NCBI GenBank assembly: GCA_015520605.1
Contig: WAPT01000004.1
Span: 1-46,359 of the forward strand
Reading direction: 5' to 3'
Length of the DNA: 46,359 nt
DNA from: Nanobdellati archaeon
GTDB taxonomy: Archaea; EX4484-52; WAPT01
Below the pieces are notes generated by a model. That model had not been told where the DNA came from. It searched no databases and saw nothing but the letters and a program-made list of their open reading frames with translations. Of the stretch, positions 29,520 to 39,751 are shown one piece after another. Each line of letters opens with the position of its first letter. The first letter of the stretch is position 1. The translations under genes were made by a program, and so were the position numbers.

Positions 29520-29681
29520 GATTCATTATGTGTTCGAAAACCGGTTATAAAGATTTTGGTAGTGTGTGGTTGTGCTTAATTATCCAGAATTTTTGGACAG
29601 CACCCACCACACGATAGAAAAATTTTTTAATACCTTGCATCTATTTTTATTATGTTCACCCACATCTGCTCTTTTTTCCGC

Positions 29682-29759
29682 AGCGGGGTAGAGCAGCCTG
29701 GAGTGCTCGCCGGGCTCATAACCCGGAGGTCGCAGGTTCAAATCCTGCCCCCGCTACCA
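29682..29759 (+). tRNA. Initiator tRNA-Met(CAU)
   Basis: A1-U72 acceptor AGCGGGG/CCCCGCT+ACCA; CCGGG-CTCATAA-CCCGG with three consecutive G-C pairs. Confidence 0.96.
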
Positions 29760-29889
29760 TAAAACTTTGCAGAATCTCGTTCTTTGCTGAAATCTCCCAA
29801 AACCTATAAAAAGCTTCTTACCCAATGAAGCATGTTCCTCGCGGATTTTCTAAATCCTGTAAAGATCTTGCCTGCGGGGCTGGTTGAGC

Positions 29890-31806
29890 ATGGTTGAGGA
29901 AAGAAGGGAAAGCTATAACGCTTCAGCGATCAAAGTTCTGGAGGGGTTGGAAGCTGTAAGAAGGAGGCCCGCGATGTATATCGGTAGTGTGGGGAAGCGT
30001 GGTCTTCATCACCTTATCAATGAGGTGGTGGATAACAGCGTTGATGAAGCGCTGGCAGGGTACTGTACAAGAATAGTTTTAACGCTTCATTCTGACGGTT
30101 CGGTGAGCGTGGAGGACAACGGCAGGGGTATTCCGGTTGACATACACCCCCAGTACGGCATCTCAGCTCTCGAGCTTGTGATGACGAAGCTTCATGCTGG
30201 AGGTAAGTTCGACAGGAAGGTGTATAAGGTTTCTGGCGGACTGCATGGAGTAGGTGTCAGCGTTGTCAATGCTCTTTCTGAATGGATGGAGGTCATAGTG
30301 AAAAGAGACGGAAAGGTATGGAGGCAGCGCTATCAGCGGGGCAAACCCATAACTCCGGTTGAAGTTATAGGAGAGACGAAAGAGACAGGAACCTACGTCA
30401 GGTTTAAGCCTGATCCGGAAATATTTGATGATACAAGGTTTGATCCATCCGTTATTGAATCAAGACTTAAAGAGCTTGCTTACCTCAATCCCGGACTTGA
30501 AATAATATTGATCAATGAGAAAGCTGGCGAGAAAAAGGTGTTCAAGTTTGAGAGGGGAATTATGGATCTTGTCAGGGATCTCACGCGAGAAAAAGGCCCG
30601 CTTCATGAGGACATCATTTATATTCGGGGAGAACAGAACGGCGTGGTGGTGGAAGTTGCTCTTCGTTACACTCAGATGGATGGTTCGAGTGAGTTCTCCT
30701 TTGCCAACAACATAAATACAATAGAGGGTGGAACACATCTCACAGGATTCAGGATGGCGCTCACCAAAGCTGTAAAGGAAGCTATGGAGAAGCAGGGCTT
30801 GATAAAAGAAAAGGGACTGACAATTGAAAGTGAGGACGTAAGAGATGGCCTGACAGCTGTAATTTCCGTTAAGGTCCCCGACCCTCAGTTTGAGGGCCAG
30901 ACAAAAACAAAGCTCGGGAATACGGAGGTAAAGAACATAGTTTACAGCACAGTATATGCTAACCTCAAAGAATATTTTGAAAAGCATCCTGACACGCTTA
31001 AGACCATTGCCAACAGGATCCTGCTTGTTGCAAGAGCAAGGATAGCGGCGAAGAGGGCAAGGGAGCTTGTAAAGAGAAAGACTGCTCTGGAGTCAACGAC
31101 CCTGCCCGGAAAGCTCGCGGACTGCATAGAGAAGGATCCTGATAAGTGTGAACTCTTCATAGTGGAGGGGGAGAGCGCTGGAGGCAGCGCGAAGCTGGCA
31201 AGGACGAGAACAACGCAAGCGGTGTTGCCCCTCAGGGGGAAGATAATCAATGTGGAGAAGGCAGGATTGGTCAAAGTGCTGCGCAACGAGGAAATAAAAG
31301 CGCTTATCGCTGCTATCGGCACGGGCATCGGGGAAGAGTTCGACATAAAGAAGCTGAGGTACGGCAGGATAATCATAATGACGGATGCTGATGTTGATGG
31401 AGCGCACATAAGAACTCTGTTACTCACATTCTTCTACCGCTACATGCCGAAGCTTATAGAAGAGGAGCGCATCTATATAGCTATGCCACCCCTCTACCGC
31501 ATAAAGGCGGGGAAGGAGGTGAGATATGTTTACAGCGAGGAAGAAAAAGAAAGGGTGCTAAAGGAGCTTGAAGCTAAGGGTGTCAAGAATGTGGAGGTTC
31601 AGAGGTACAAAGGTCTGGGCGAGATGAACCCTGAGCAGCTGTGGGAGACGACCATGAATCCCGAAACCAGAGTGATAAAGAAGGTATTCATGGAGGATGC
31701 GATAGAAGCTGACAGAATCTTCTCCATTCTCATGGGTCCGGATACTCAGCCTCGAAAGGAGTTCATCATGAGTCATGCAAAAGAGGCTGTGAATATCGAT
31801 GTGTGA
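29890..31806 (+). CDS. gyrB: DNA gyrase subunit B
   Basis: EVVDNSVDE, DNGRGIP, SGGLHGVGVSVVNALS, VEGESAGGS, PLRGK, MTDADVDG, RYKGLGEMN. Confidence 0.98.
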   Translation: MVEERRESYNASAIKVLEGLEAVRRRPAMYIGSVGKRGLHHLINEVVDNSVDEALAGYCTRIVLTLHSDGSVSVEDNGRGIPVDIHPQYGISALELVMTKLHAGGKFDRKVYKVSGGLHGVGVSVVNALSEWMEVIVKRDGKVWRQRYQRGKPITPVEVIGETKETGTYVRFKPDPEIFDDTRFDPSVIESRLKELAYLNPGLEIILINEKAGEKKVFKFERGIMDLVRDLTREKGPLHEDIIYIRGEQNGVVVEVALRYTQMDGSSEFSFANNINTIEGGTHLTGFRMALTKAVKEAMEKQGLIKEKGLTIESEDVRDGLTAVISVKVPDPQFEGQTKTKLGNTEVKNIVYSTVYANLKEYFEKHPDTLKTIANRILLVARARIAAKRARELVKRKTALESTTLPGKLADCIEKDPDKCELFIVEGESAGGSAKLARTRTTQAVLPLRGKIINVEKAGLVKVLRNEEIKALIAAIGTGIGEEFDIKKLRYGRIIIMTDADVDGAHIRTLLLTFFYRYMPKLIEEERIYIAMPPLYRIKAGKEVRYVYSEEEKERVLKELEAKGVKNVEVQRYKGLGEMNPEQLWETTMNPETRVIKKVFMEDAIEADRIFSILMGPDTQPRKEFIMSHAKEAVNIDV

Positions 31807-31835
31807 AGACAGATTCCTGAGTTGTGGTGAATAAA

Positions 31836-34259
31836 ATGCCACACGGGTTAATGACACTTGAAGTACCGCTTGAGCAGGAAATGAAGCAGGCGTATCTTGA
31901 TTATGCGATGAGCGTTATAATAGGCAGAGCTCTGCCCGATGTTAGAGATGGCCTAAAGCCGGTTCACAGGCGCATTCTTTACGCAATGTATGAAATGGGA
32001 CTGCTCCACAACAAACCGTACAAGAAGTCCGCGAGAGTGGTTGGAGAGGTGCTGGGTAAGTACCACCCGCATGGTGACGCTTCAGTATATGATGCTCTCG
32101 TGAGGATGGCGCAGGACTTTGTTATGAACTACCCGCTGGTGGATGGTCATGGAAACTTCGGTAGCATAGATGGTGATCCTCCAGCTGCGATGCGTTACAC
32201 TGAAGTAAGGCTCTCAAAAGTAGCGGAGGGAATGCTGAAGGACATTGATAAGGAGACTGTTGATTTCGTGCCCAACTTCGATGGCACGTTAAAGGAGCCT
32301 GTGATACTGCCGGCAGCCTTCCCCAACCTTTTGGTAAATGGCTCTTCCGGAATAGCGGTGGGGATGGCTACGAACATACCACCGCACAATCTAAACGAGA
32401 TCATCGACGCGCTTGTATATCTCATAGATAACCGAAACCGCGAGATAAAGGATGAGGAGCTTCTCGCCATCGTCAAGGGCCCCGACTTTCCAACTGGTGG
32501 AATCGTTCTTGGTGTTGACGGAATAAGGAAAGCCTACCTTACGGGAAAAGGCAAGATCATAATCAGAGGCAGAGTCAATATAGAGGAAGGGAGGAGAACA
32601 ACAAAAATTGTCATAACTGAAGTGCCATATCAGGTCAACAAGGCAAGGATGATTGAAAGAATAGCTGAGCTGGTTAGGGAGGGGATCATAGACGGTATAA
32701 AGGACATAAGGGATGAGTCCGACAGAGAGGGTCTCAGGGTGGTTATCGAGTTGAGGAGGGATGCTGATGCTAACGTTGTTCTCAACCAGCTCTATAAGCA
32801 CACAGAGCTTGAGACGTCTTTTAATGTTCTGAGTCTTGCGCTGGTGGATAATCAGCCGAGGATCCTGACTCTCAGACAGATGCTGGAAGAATTTCTCAGG
32901 CACCGCTTTACAGTAATAAGGAGAAAGGCAGCTCATGAACTGAGGCTCGCAAAGGAGAGAGCACACATAGTTGACGGATTGCTTGTCGCTCTTGCAAACA
33001 TCGATGAGGTCATCGAGCTGATCAAGAAGTCGAAGGACAGAAAGGAAGCAATGCAAGCCCTCATTTCCAACTTCCAGCTCAGCGAGAAGCAGGCTGACTC
33101 TATCCTCACCATGCAGCTACAGAAGCTCACCTCGATGGAAGTTCAGAAACTAAGAGAGGAGAAGAAGGAGCTTGAAAGGAGAATAGAGAACTTGGAAAGA
33201 ATAATGAGGGACGATGATGAGGTCTACCGAATTCTCAGGGAGGAGTTTCTTGAGCTCAAGAAAGCGTACGGAAGGCCGAGGAAAACAAGCATAGAGGAAC
33301 GCTATGAAGAGATAGATCTGGAGGATCTGGTGCAGGAAGAGGAGGTCATGGTGGTCTGCACTAGGGACGGTTTTATAAAGAGAGTACCTGCAAGGCTCTA
33401 CAGGTCACAGAGGAGGGGCGGAACCGGAATAATAAGTCAGAAGAGCGGTGAGAAGGATTACACGAAGCATTTGATTGTTTGCTCTACTCATGACACACTA
33501 CTTATATTCACAACAAAAGGGATCGTAAGGGCACTTAAGGCCTATGAAGTGCCTGAAGCAAGCAGGCAAAGCAGGGGCAAGCATCTGAGCCAACTTGTTA
33601 GGCTGGGTGGTGAAGAGAGGGTTGCGACCATATTACCCCTCAAAAAGGAAAATTCCTGCAAGTACCTCATTATGTACACGAAAAGAGGTGTGGTGAAAAA
33701 GAGCGAGCTGAACCTTTTCGAAAACGTAAGACGGAGCGGAGTCATAGCGATAAAGCTTAGGAAGGATGATGAGCTTGTGGGGGCAATGCTCACATCCGGC
33801 AGAAACACAATACTCCTTGCCACAAAGAATGGTATGGCAATTCTTTTCAGAGAGGAGGATGTAAGACCTATGGGAAGGAATGCTGCAGGTGTTGCCGGCA
33901 TAAAGCTTGAGAATGATGATGAAGTTGTGAGCGGAGATGTTGCGGATACCTGTGAGTACACCCTTACTGTGACTTCGAGAGGGTTTGTAAAGAAGACGAA
34001 GCTTGATGAGTACAGGGTCATAGGCAGAGGTGGTAAGGGAGTAATCAACATAAAGGTCAGAGAAAAGAATGGAGAGGTTGTGGCGGCCCTTTGTGTGAAT
34101 GACAACGATGAACTGGTTGCCATCACCGCCAGCGGAATGGCAATAAGGGTCAGTGTGAAGAGCATACCCGAACAGGGTAGAAATGCGATGGGTGTGAGAC
34201 TCATAAAACTTAAAGAAGGAGATAGTGTGGTGGACGCTGCAAAAATAATTAATATTTAG
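31836..34259 (+). CDS. gyrA: DNA gyrase subunit A
   Basis: [23 protein letters not shown] (catalytic Tyr), GyrA-box QRRGGTG, C-terminal beta-pinwheel repeats. Confidence 0.98.
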   Translation: MPHGLMTLEVPLEQEMKQAYLDYAMSVIIGRALPDVRDGLKPVHRRILYAMYEMGLLHNKPYKKSARVVGEVLGKYHPHGDASVYDALVRMAQDFVMNYPLVDGHGNFGSIDGDPPAAMRYTEVRLSKVAEGMLKDIDKETVDFVPNFDGTLKEPVILPAAFPNLLVNGSSGIAVGMATNIPPHNLNEIIDALVYLIDNRNREIKDEELLAIVKGPDFPTGGIVLGVDGIRKAYLTGKGKIIIRGRVNIEEGRRTTKIVITEVPYQVNKARMIERIAELVREGIIDGIKDIRDESDREGLRVVIELRRDADANVVLNQLYKHTELETSFNVLSLALVDNQPRILTLRQMLEEFLRHRFTVIRRKAAHELRLAKERAHIVDGLLVALANIDEVIELIKKSKDRKEAMQALISNFQLSEKQADSILTMQLQKLTSMEVQKLREEKKELERRIENLERIMRDDDEVYRILREEFLELKKAYGRPRKTSIEERYEEIDLEDLVQEEEVMVVCTRDGFIKRVPARLYRSQRRGGTGIISQKSGEKDYTKHLIVCSTHDTLLIFTTKGIVRALKAYEVPEASRQSRGKHLSQLVRLGGEERVATILPLKKENSCKYLIMYTKRGVVKKSELNLFENVRRSGVIAIKLRKDDELVGAMLTSGRNTILLATKNGMAILFREEDVRPMGRNAAGVAGIKLENDDEVVSGDVADTCEYTLTVTSRGFVKKTKLDEYRVIGRGGKGVINIKVREKNGEVVAALCVNDNDELVAITASGMAIRVSVKSIPEQGRNAMGVRLIKLKEGDSVVDAAKIINI

Positions 34260-34321
34260 CGATAATTTAACGGTATAAGGATAATATACCGCGTGTCCAT
34301 CTCTTGCTCTCTTGCTATTGT

Positions 34322-34394
34322 GGGCCGGTGGTCTAGTGGCTATGACGTCGCCCTCACGCGGCGAAGGTCGGCGGTTCGAATCCGCCCCGGCCCA
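34322..34394 (+). tRNA. tRNA-Val(CAC), CCA not encoded
   Basis: GGGCCGG/CCGGCCC+A, TCGCC-CTCACGC-GGCGA, GGCGG-TTCGAAT-CCGCC. Confidence 0.96.
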
Positions 34395-34519
34395 TAACCA
34401 CCTCTCTTTCTGAGGAAGAGTACCTTCACTTGAAATTATCCCAGCAAAACTCTCACCAAAATTTAAAAATTCATACGCTATAAGTAATTTCGTTCTATCA
34501 TAAAAGCGGTATCATTCCT

Positions 34520-34649
34520 GCGGGGGTTGCCGAGCCTGGCCAAAGGCGCTGCCTTGAGGGGGCAGCCGCCGCGGTGTATGAGCTGGGCAGCGCCGCAGCG
34601 GCTCATTCCCTAAGTGGGTTCGTGGGTTCAAATCCCACCCCCCGCACCA
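34520..34649 (+). tRNA. tRNA-Leu(GAG) with 41-nt non-canonical intron at 43/44 (34566-34606)
   Basis: GCGGGGG/CCCCCGC+ACCA, CTGCC-TTGAGGG-GGCAG; BHB helix GGGC/GCTC, bulges AG^C and AT^T, flanking helices on both sides. Confidence 0.93.
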
Positions 34650-34654
34650 CATCC

Positions 34655-34680
34655 TTTATTTTTTCTGTTCTCTTTTTCTC
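34655..34680 (+). terminator. Oligo-T terminator-like tract after tRNA-Leu(GAG)
   Basis: TTTATTTTTTCTGTTCTCTTTTTCTC immediately downstream. Confidence 0.5.
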
Positions 34681-34786
34681 CGTGAATTTTACCTTAAGCC
34701 CCCGTGTCTAACGGCACGCTGAACATTTAAAATCTTAAGTTCGAAAAAATAGTTTGCAGACTTTTCGCGCTTCCTTTCTCTTGTAT

Positions 34787-34875
34787 GCGGGGGTTGCCGA
34801 GCCTGGCCAAAGGCGCGGGGCTTAGGACTCCGTGGCTTAGTGCCTGCGTGGGTTCAAATCCCACCCCCCGCACCA
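34787..34875 (+). tRNA. tRNA-Leu(UAG)
   Basis: GCGGGGG/CCCCCGC+ACCA, CGGGG-CTTAGGA-CTCCG, long variable arm GGC-TTAGT-GCC. Confidence 0.97.
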
Positions 34876-34947
34876 CCAAACTAATTAGGTGAGGCAATTC
34901 TGCTTTTGTAACCACTCACCAATAAAAAATTTAAATTTGCCACGAAA

Positions 34948-35700
34948 TTGTATTCGTCATGTGCCCGCGTACTCTTACCCCGGGTGATTCGTACACTGAA
35001 CAAGAATGAAATAGGGTTTGATTCGGCAACCACAAGGATTTTCGTGGAGACTCCAGAAGGGAAGAGATACGGGATTGAAGTGGGTTTAGGAGAAAAGTTA
35101 AGCGTAGAGAGAATTTACGATTTGCTAAGAGAGAAAGAAGGCGACATTAACCTTGATGAGTGTAGTTTGGTAGTATGGGGATCCCCACAACTTGGCAAGA
35201 ATGTTGCGTTGAGTATATACCGCGCTGTGAAAGATGAGACTGGTAGAGTTGTTGGTGTGGACCCTTCTTTCCAATTCACATATATGCCATGCGAAGATCT
35301 CGTGTTGGAATATAAGATACCTCTAAGGGAAGTACGTGCTATAGAGGGTGTGGAAGGATGTTTTATCACAACTGCTGTTATGGAGCAGGGTGGTGAGCGA
35401 GAACTGAACATCCTAAGAAATTTCCGGGACAGTGTAATGAAAAAGAGTTCGGTAGGAAGGATTCTCGTTGACGTGTATTATAAAATATCTCCTTCAATTG
35501 CATTCAGATTAAGGTCAAGACCTGTTCTGAAAAAGCTGATCAGGAATTTGTTTATAGCGCCCTGTGCACGGCTTCTAAAATTTAAAGATGGAAAAAATTC
35601 TTTGCTTCAGCGTCTCATCAACGTCATTGTACTGATAATATACATTTTGGGGGTGCTTTTTGCAGCCATAACTGTGAGGTTGCCGGGCTCGAAAACTTAA
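34948..35700 (+). CDS. CFI-box-CTERM domain protein with C-terminal TM helix (start uncertain)
   Basis: GCFITTAV...LNILRNFRD..MKKSSVGRILVDVYYKISPSIA followed by a hydrophobic helix. Confidence 0.75.
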   Translation: MYSSCARVLLPRVIRTLNKNEIGFDSATTRIFVETPEGKRYGIEVGLGEKLSVERIYDLLREKEGDINLDECSLVVWGSPQLGKNVALSIYRAVKDETGRVVGVDPSFQFTYMPCEDLVLEYKIPLREVRAIEGVEGCFITTAVMEQGGERELNILRNFRDSVMKKSSVGRILVDVYYKISPSIAFRLRSRPVLKKLIRNLFIAPCARLLKFKDGKNSLLQRLINVIVLIIYILGVLFAAITVRLPGSKT

Positions 35701-35791
35701 AATGCCCTTTGGTAGTCTCAGCGAGACCGTCCGGATAACAAACACAAAGCATTTCCTCAATTACCTCAAGAGCTTCCCGGTCCTTAAGCAG

Positions 35792-36976
35792 CTAAAGTGA
35801 TTTTTGAGTCTTTTCACGCGGGTCAATGATAAGAATCTCCGTATTCTTTAGTGCTTTCTCAACTAAATCTTCGGTGTTCATGATGTTTTCAATTTTTATG
35901 ACCGTATCAAGTTTTGATCTCGTTTCCGGATGTTTCGCTATCATCAGCGAGCAGCAGTCTGGGTAAGGTCGGATCGAAATCTCGTATGTGCCTATTTTTC
36001 TGGCAAGGTTTATGGTTTCCTCCTTATCAAAACCAGCCAGAGGAGTAAGCACGGGAAGCCTCGAGGCCTCGTAAATTACAGCAAGATTATCTAAGGTCTG
36101 TGAAGCAACCTGTGCAACGTTATCTCCTGTAACAAGAGCTTTAGCACCTTCTTTACGTGCTATCTCGCATGCTATTCTCATCATGAATCTTCTGTAAATT
36201 ATCATTCTGTATTTTGCTGGCACGAGCTTTATTATTTCTCTCTGTGCATCTCCAAAATCCACCATATATAGTTTGCTCCTATCCTGATATTTCGCAAGAA
36301 CTTTGACAATCTCCTCTATCTTCCTTCTTACTTCCCTGCTGTGGATTGTTTGGTTAAAAAAGTGTACAAAAACCACTTTGCAACCCCGTTTCATAAGGAG
36401 AAAGGCCGCTACGGGGCTGTCTATACCCCCCGAGAGAAGGGAAATGACCTTTCCAGATACGGAGACAGGCAAACCTCCTATACCATCAACTCTCTCAGTG
36501 TACACATAAGCTTCTTTCTCGCATATTTCGATGTGCACAACAACATCCGGTTGTGTAAGGTTGACTCTCTTGCCCGTACTTTTCACTATTTTTTCGCCAA
36601 CAATTCTGTTTACTTCCATAGAATTGTAAGGAAAGTTTTTGTTCGATCTGGATGTGCTGACCTTAAAACTCTTGAATTCCTTATCTTTCAGGACAAGAAG
36701 ACAGGTCTCAGCAATTTTATCCAGATCCAGCGGAACTATTTCTGCAAGTGCGAAATATTTTATTCCAGGCGTGGTTCGTAGCGCTTCCCTTATTGCATTG
36801 ATGTTACTGTCGTCCTTCAACTCAACAAGAATCCTGCCGGATCTTCTTTTTGCCGATCCACCGAGGCTTTTGATCTTAGAGTTGATATTTTCCATAAGTT
36901 TTCTCTCAAAAAAGACTCTGTTCGCACCCTTAAGTCCTATTTCAGAATAGTGCACAACAAAAACCTTTCTGGTCAT
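35792..36976 (-). CDS. thiI: tRNA 4-thiouridine(8) synthase ThiI (no rhodanese domain)
   Basis: [15 protein letters not shown] domain, PP-loop [23 protein letters not shown]. Confidence 0.96.
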   Translation of the reverse strand: MTRKVFVVHYSEIGLKGANRVFFERKLMENINSKIKSLGGSAKRRSGRILVELKDDSNINAIREALRTTPGIKYFALAEIVPLDLDKIAETCLLVLKDKEFKSFKVSTSRSNKNFPYNSMEVNRIVGEKIVKSTGKRVNLTQPDVVVHIEICEKEAYVYTERVDGIGGLPVSVSGKVISLLSGGIDSPVAAFLLMKRGCKVVFVHFFNQTIHSREVRRKIEEIVKVLAKYQDRSKLYMVDFGDAQREIIKLVPAKYRMIIYRRFMMRIACEIARKEGAKALVTGDNVAQVASQTLDNLAVIYEASRLPVLTPLAGFDKEETINLARKIGTYEISIRPYPDCCSLMIAKHPETRSKLDTVIKIENIMNTEDLVEKALKNTEILIIDPREKTQKSL

Positions 36977-37056
36977 AAGGGTCAGATTTCGTTTTTATTA
37001 ACTTAAAATTATAATGAAGAATGACAGGGGATCAAAGAATGGGAGGAATAAAGCTG

Positions 37057-37638
37057 TCACTTACCCCTGCCCTGGTTCGCCCTTATACTTGGTCTGACTT
37101 TCTCGGCACCCTTACCCTTGTTTCTGAGGCCCCTGGCTTTCTTTCCAGCAGAGGTTAGCCCCCTGAACACCCTTCCCTTGTGAGCCTTACCAGTTATCCA
37201 TCCAAGGTGTCTGTCGTTCTTTATCGCTGGATGGTGGGGGTCAAGCATTATTACCTCATACCAGATATACTGACCGTCTCCCCCAACATAGTAGCTATTC
37301 AACACCTCAAGGTTGGGGAATTTCCTTGCCGCTCTTTCTTCTGCTATCCACTGAAGACTCTTCTTGGGGCTGAAGTAAACGAAACCATATCTCTTTGGTC
37401 TCCTACCCTGCCTGTGCCTTGGTCTCTCCCTCCCCCCTCTCTTAACACGTACTCTCACAACTATAACTCCCTGCTTTGCCTTGTAACCGAGTGCCCGTGC
37501 TCTATCAATCCTTGTTGGCTTATCTATCCTAACAACAGCAGGCTCTCTTCTCCACCTTATCAGCCTTTCCTGCCAGAGCTTGCCGAGACTTTCCTTAGGT
37601 CTCTTCCATAGAGCCCTTACGTACTGATACATTCCCAT
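37057..37638 (-). CDS. rpl15e: 50S ribosomal protein L15e
   Basis: [35 protein letters not shown]. Confidence 0.98.
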   Translation of the reverse strand: MGMYQYVRALWKRPKESLGKLWQERLIRWRREPAVVRIDKPTRIDRARALGYKAKQGVIVVRVRVKRGGRERPRHRQGRRPKRYGFVYFSPKKSLQWIAEERAARKFPNLEVLNSYYVGGDGQYIWYEVIMLDPHHPAIKNDRHLGWITGKAHKGRVFRGLTSAGKKARGLRNKGKGAEKVRPSIRANQGRGK

Positions 37639-37705
37639 AACTCATCCCTTAGAGAATGGCATGTTATTACAGGTTTTTCATCTAGCGCAACATTTATATT
37701 TTTAA

Positions 37706-37870
37706 CTGTGTCGGAAAACTGCGGGAATCTTTGTAATTATAGATGCCGCGCTGTTAATGACCGCAATCATTGCTAAGAGTGCCGAGCAGGGATCCGCGCA
37801 GGGAATTAGCATTTATAACATCGCCGTAGGAGTGCTACTTAGTGCCCTGGCATTCATCAAAGCCGTATGA
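37706..37870 (+). pseudogene. Possible membrane-protein fragment or 37-aa microprotein (ATG 37757)
   Basis: Open frame TAGIFVIIDAALLMTAII...IYNIAVGVLLSALAFIKAV with two hydrophobic helices; in-frame TAA just upstream. Confidence 0.3.
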
Positions 37871-39311
37871 CGGGATCATTTGAGAACATTTTTTCAATTT
37901 CGTTGGATGCCTTTAGCACTTTCATATCATCAAAATGGTCTCCAATGATCTGCACGCCCACCGGTAAGTTGACGACCTTGCCTGTAGGAATGGAGATGTG
38001 CGGCAATCCTGCAAGGTTGGGCGGAACTGTGAGAACATCCATCGCGTATATTTCTGAAGGCTTCATGTCTTTAACAGATTGAATTTCAGGAGGACGTACG
38101 GGCATCGTGGGATAAAGAATAAAATCCGCATCCTTCAGAATTTTTTTGAAGGTTTTTATCACGAGAGTTCTGACCTTCATGGCTCTCAGATAAAACGCAT
38201 CCCTGTACCCTGCCATTCTGGCAAAAGTGCCCAGCAGGATTCTGCGCTTTGCCTCCTCTCCAAACGCCTTGCTCCTTATCTCGCTGAAGTACTCATCGTA
38301 GTGTTTTCCTTCCGGATTTTCAGAATAGCCGTATCTCATTCCGCAGAACTTCGCGAGGTTTGTTGAAGCCTCAGCTGTTGCGATTATGTAATAGGCTGCA
38401 AGCGCCTCTGTTATCAGCGGAAGAGAAACACTTATGATTTTGGCCCCTTCACTCTCAAGCTCAGTCACAAACTCATGGAAAACATTCAAAACCTTTTCAT
38501 CTTTTATGGCATCTAAACACTCTTTCGGAATCGCGAATTTCATATTCCTAATGCCCGGCTTGGGTATTGCATTTTCCCAATTTTCAAGCCCTACACTTGT
38601 TGAATCCTTGGGATCTTTTTTAGCGATTAGTGGAAACACAAAAGCAACATCATCGACACTTTTTCCCATAAGTCCTATTTTATCCAGCGAGTTGGCGTAG
38701 TCTATAAGACCGTAGCGGCTCACCACCCCATATGTCGGGGTAAAGCCAACAACACCACAGAAGGACGAAGGACAGGATATTGATCCACCTGTGCTTTCAG
38801 CCAATGCAACGTGCGGAAAAGTGGCGAGAGCGGTTATACAAGCTGCTCCTCCAGAAGAGCCGCCACAGACTCTCTTCGGATCGTGAGGATTCTTGGGTGT
38901 GCAGAACGCGCAGTTGGTGCAGAAGGTTCCAAAACCGAATTCATCTGTTGCAGACTTACCTATTATAATTGCTCCCTCATTTTTCAATAACCTTACCGCG
39001 GTGGCATCAAAGAACGGTACATAATTTTCCAGTATTTTGCTTCCTGCGGTTGTTCTTATCCCTTTCGTGCAGATGTTGTCTTTCACCGTCACCGGAAGAA
39101 ACGGTACTTCAAGGTTTTTCCAGCTTCCTGAGAAAATTTGTTCAGCATCTCTAATGACATCTTCAGAACTTCTCAGCGTTATAAACGGTTCATGAGCTGG
39201 ATTAACTGTTTCACATTCTCTAACAGCTTTTTCGAGAACGTCAAACGGATCAACACTTTCCGCCTTAATTTCGGCCACGAATTCCCTTACACTTTTGTAC
39301 TTTTTTACCAT
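37857..39311 (-). CDS. gatA: Asp/Glu-tRNA amidotransferase subunit A
   Basis: VKDNI, GGSSGG, STGGSI, PTYGVVSRYGL, FGEEAKRRILLGTF; next to gatC. Confidence 0.95.
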   Translation of the reverse strand: MVKKYKSVREFVAEIKAESVDPFDVLEKAVRECETVNPAHEPFITLRSSEDVIRDAEQIFSGSWKNLEVPFLPVTVKDNICTKGIRTTAGSKILENYVPFFDATAVRLLKNEGAIIIGKSATDEFGFGTFCTNCAFCTPKNPHDPKRVCGGSSGGAACITALATFPHVALAESTGGSISCPSSFCGVVGFTPTYGVVSRYGLIDYANSLDKIGLMGKSVDDVAFVFPLIAKKDPKDSTSVGLENWENAIPKPGIRNMKFAIPKECLDAIKDEKVLNVFHEFVTELESEGAKIISVSLPLITEALAAYYIIATAEASTNLAKFCGMRYGYSENPEGKHYDEYFSEIRSKAFGEEAKRRILLGTFARMAGYRDAFYLRAMKVRTLVIKTFKKILKDADFILYPTMPVRPPEIQSVKDMKPSEIYAMDVLTVPPNLAGLPHISIPTGKVVNLPVGVQIIGDHFDDMKVLKASNEIEKMFSNDPVIRL

Positions 39312-39376
39312 TCAACTCACCAGCAATTCAAACTGTAGTTATTTTTCACCGATAAACGCACGAAATTAAAATCACT

Positions 39377-39673
39377 TCACTTTTCAATGATCTTTGGACC
39401 TTTAAAGTAACCGTCCTCTTTGTTCGAAGTATTTGAAAGAGCAACTTCTTGAGGTATGCTTTCTCTTTCTTCATCTTCTCTAGTCACATTTTTGATCGGA
39501 ACGGGCTGAAATGAGGGATCAACACCATCAACATTTACCTGCTGGAGGGTGTGGAAACCCTCCAGAATTGATTTTAGGTCTTCGGCATATTTCCGAATTT
39601 CTTCATCACTTAACTTGAGTCTTGCAAGAAAAGCAACCTTTCTCACAGTGTTTTCGTCCACCCTTATTTTCAT
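39377..39673 (-). CDS. gatC: Asp/Glu-tRNA amidotransferase subunit C
   Basis: VRKVAFLARLKLSDEE, NVTRED, DGYFKGPKI; start moved to ATG 39673. Confidence 0.93.
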   Translation of the reverse strand: MKIRVDENTVRKVAFLARLKLSDEEIRKYAEDLKSILEGFHTLQQVNVDGVDPSFQPVPIKNVTREDEERESIPQEVALSNTSNKEDGYFKGPKIIEK

Positions 39674-39751
39674 GTGGAGAATATAGATGTGATAAAATTT
39701 TAAAAACTGATCCGAGATGGAGGGATGGAGGAAGAAAAACATTACTGTAAC

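Noticed and set aside
37857-39673. gatC-gatA without adjacent gatB
   Set aside because: gatB is often unlinked in archaea and may lie outside the window.
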